Assembly: GCA_030754595.1 (NCBI GenBank)
Contig: JASLZZ010000091.1
Coordinates: 1 to 10,943 of the forward strand
Length of the DNA stretch: 10,943 bases
Direction of reading: 5' to 3'
Source of the DNA: Nitrospinota bacterium
Lineage (GTDB): Bacteria; UBA8248
Positions 10,155-10,943 of the stretch are shown here, in pieces. The first letter of the stretch is position 1. Each line of letters begins with the position of its first letter. The position numbers and the translations under genes were made by a program. The notes under the pieces are model-generated. The model did not search any database, was not told the DNA's origin, and saw only the letters and a list, made by a program, of their open reading frames with translations.

Positions 10155-10601
10155 ATGACCTACCTGCCCACCCTTGCCGTGCTGGCTTTATCCGTTTTGT
10201 TCGGCATATACCAATTAGCCAACTTCCCTCCCACCGAGGAGATAGAGACCTATAGCGTGCTGTCCGAGGCCGCCGTCACGTTTCTTGCGCTGATGGGATT
10301 GTTCCTCGTCCAAAAACTGAGACCGTTTAAAGAAATTTATGTGCCCTTCATGGTGGGGTTCTCCGCGCTCTTCTTGTCCCTGCTTACGGACGTTCTCGAC
10401 GAGTTTCTGGAGCAGCCGGACCTGATTACCACCGTGTTCGAGGATATTTTCCAGGTGGCGGGCTATGTGCTGATCGTGTTCGGTCTGTGGCGGTGGACCA
10501 CCTACAACGAGCGCATGATCGACGAACTCCACGAACTCGCCACCACGGACCACCTTACCGGCGCCTACAACCGCCGGCGATTCGGCGACGCATTAAGGTG
10601 A
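10155..10601 (+). pseudogene. Membrane-anchored diguanylate cyclase, truncated at the start of the GGDEF domain
   Basis: About four hydrophobic segments, a short helical linker, then LATTDHLTGAYNRRRF (the DxLTGxxNRR motif that opens GGDEF domains). It stops five codons later, and no GG(D/E)EF follows in the window. Confidence 0.85.
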
Positions 10602-10943
10602 AGTTCACGGGCACGACAGCCCCGACGGACGGGACCCTCAAGGCCACCGTCACCCAGGACTCGCTCCTCTTCCAGGTCGGCGCCAACACGGGCCAGACCG
10701 TCAAGCAGGCGATCGACGACGTGCGCTCGAACAAGCTCGGGCGGCTGGCGGTGGGACTTGCCACCTCGGCCAAGAGCCTCGCCGACGTCAACGTCACCAC
10801 CACGGACGGCGCCAACGACGCGCTCAAGCTAGTGGACGACGCGATCAACTCGATCACGACGCTCAGGGGAAACCTCGGTGCGTTCCAGGCGAACGTCCTG
10901 GAGTCGAACATCAACAGCCTGGGCGTGGCGAAAGAGAACCTGG
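10592..10943 (+). CDS. fliC: Flagellin, C-terminal portion only (no N-terminus in the window; runs off the window end)
   Basis: Manual translation from 10592: IKVKFTGTTAPTDGTLKATVTQDSLLFQVGANTGQTVKQAIDDVRSNKLG...SLADVNVTTTDGANDALKLVDDAINSITTLRGNLGAFQANVLESNINSLGVAKENL. The FQVGAN, DxAI...RGxLGAxQ and ENL motifs are flagellin hallmarks. Not in the ORF track. Confidence 0.92.
   Translation, partial: MKVKFTGTTAPTDGTLKATVTQDSLLFQVGANTGQTVKQAIDDVRSNKLGRLAVGLATSAKSLADVNVTTTDGANDALKLVDDAINSITTLRGNLGAFQANVLESNINSLGVAKENL

Noticed and set aside
10555..10914. 119-aa minus-strand ORF at the window end
   Set aside because: It is the antisense shadow of the flagellin fragment on the + strand.

Overview
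GC-rich bacterial chromosomal window. It starts with divergent tRNA-Thr(CGT, truncated by the window edge) and tRNA-Lys(TTT) genes. Next come a Phd/YefM-family antitoxin with no adjacent toxin, a structured ~490-bp intergenic region and a zinc-dependent MDR dehydrogenase. These are followed by a broken DosS-like GAF-PAS-HisKA-HATPase-REC hybrid kinase (in-frame TGA at a conserved Gly plus a frameshifting C15 tract), fumC, a signal-peptide-bearing hypothetical protein that also has an in-frame TGA, and acnA on the minus strand. The region upstream of acnA holds an IHF consensus site and a triple Pho-box-like repeat. At the end, a membrane-anchored diguanylate cyclase breaks off at the start of its GGDEF domain and is joined directly to the C-terminal part of a flagellin gene that the ORF track missed. 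Most notable: two in-frame TGA codons (mutation or sequencing error versus possible recoding), a possible poly-C phase switch, the GGDEF/flagellin junction (artefact or recombination), and a candidate sRNA where the toxin gene would normally sit. No new system is proven from sequence alone.
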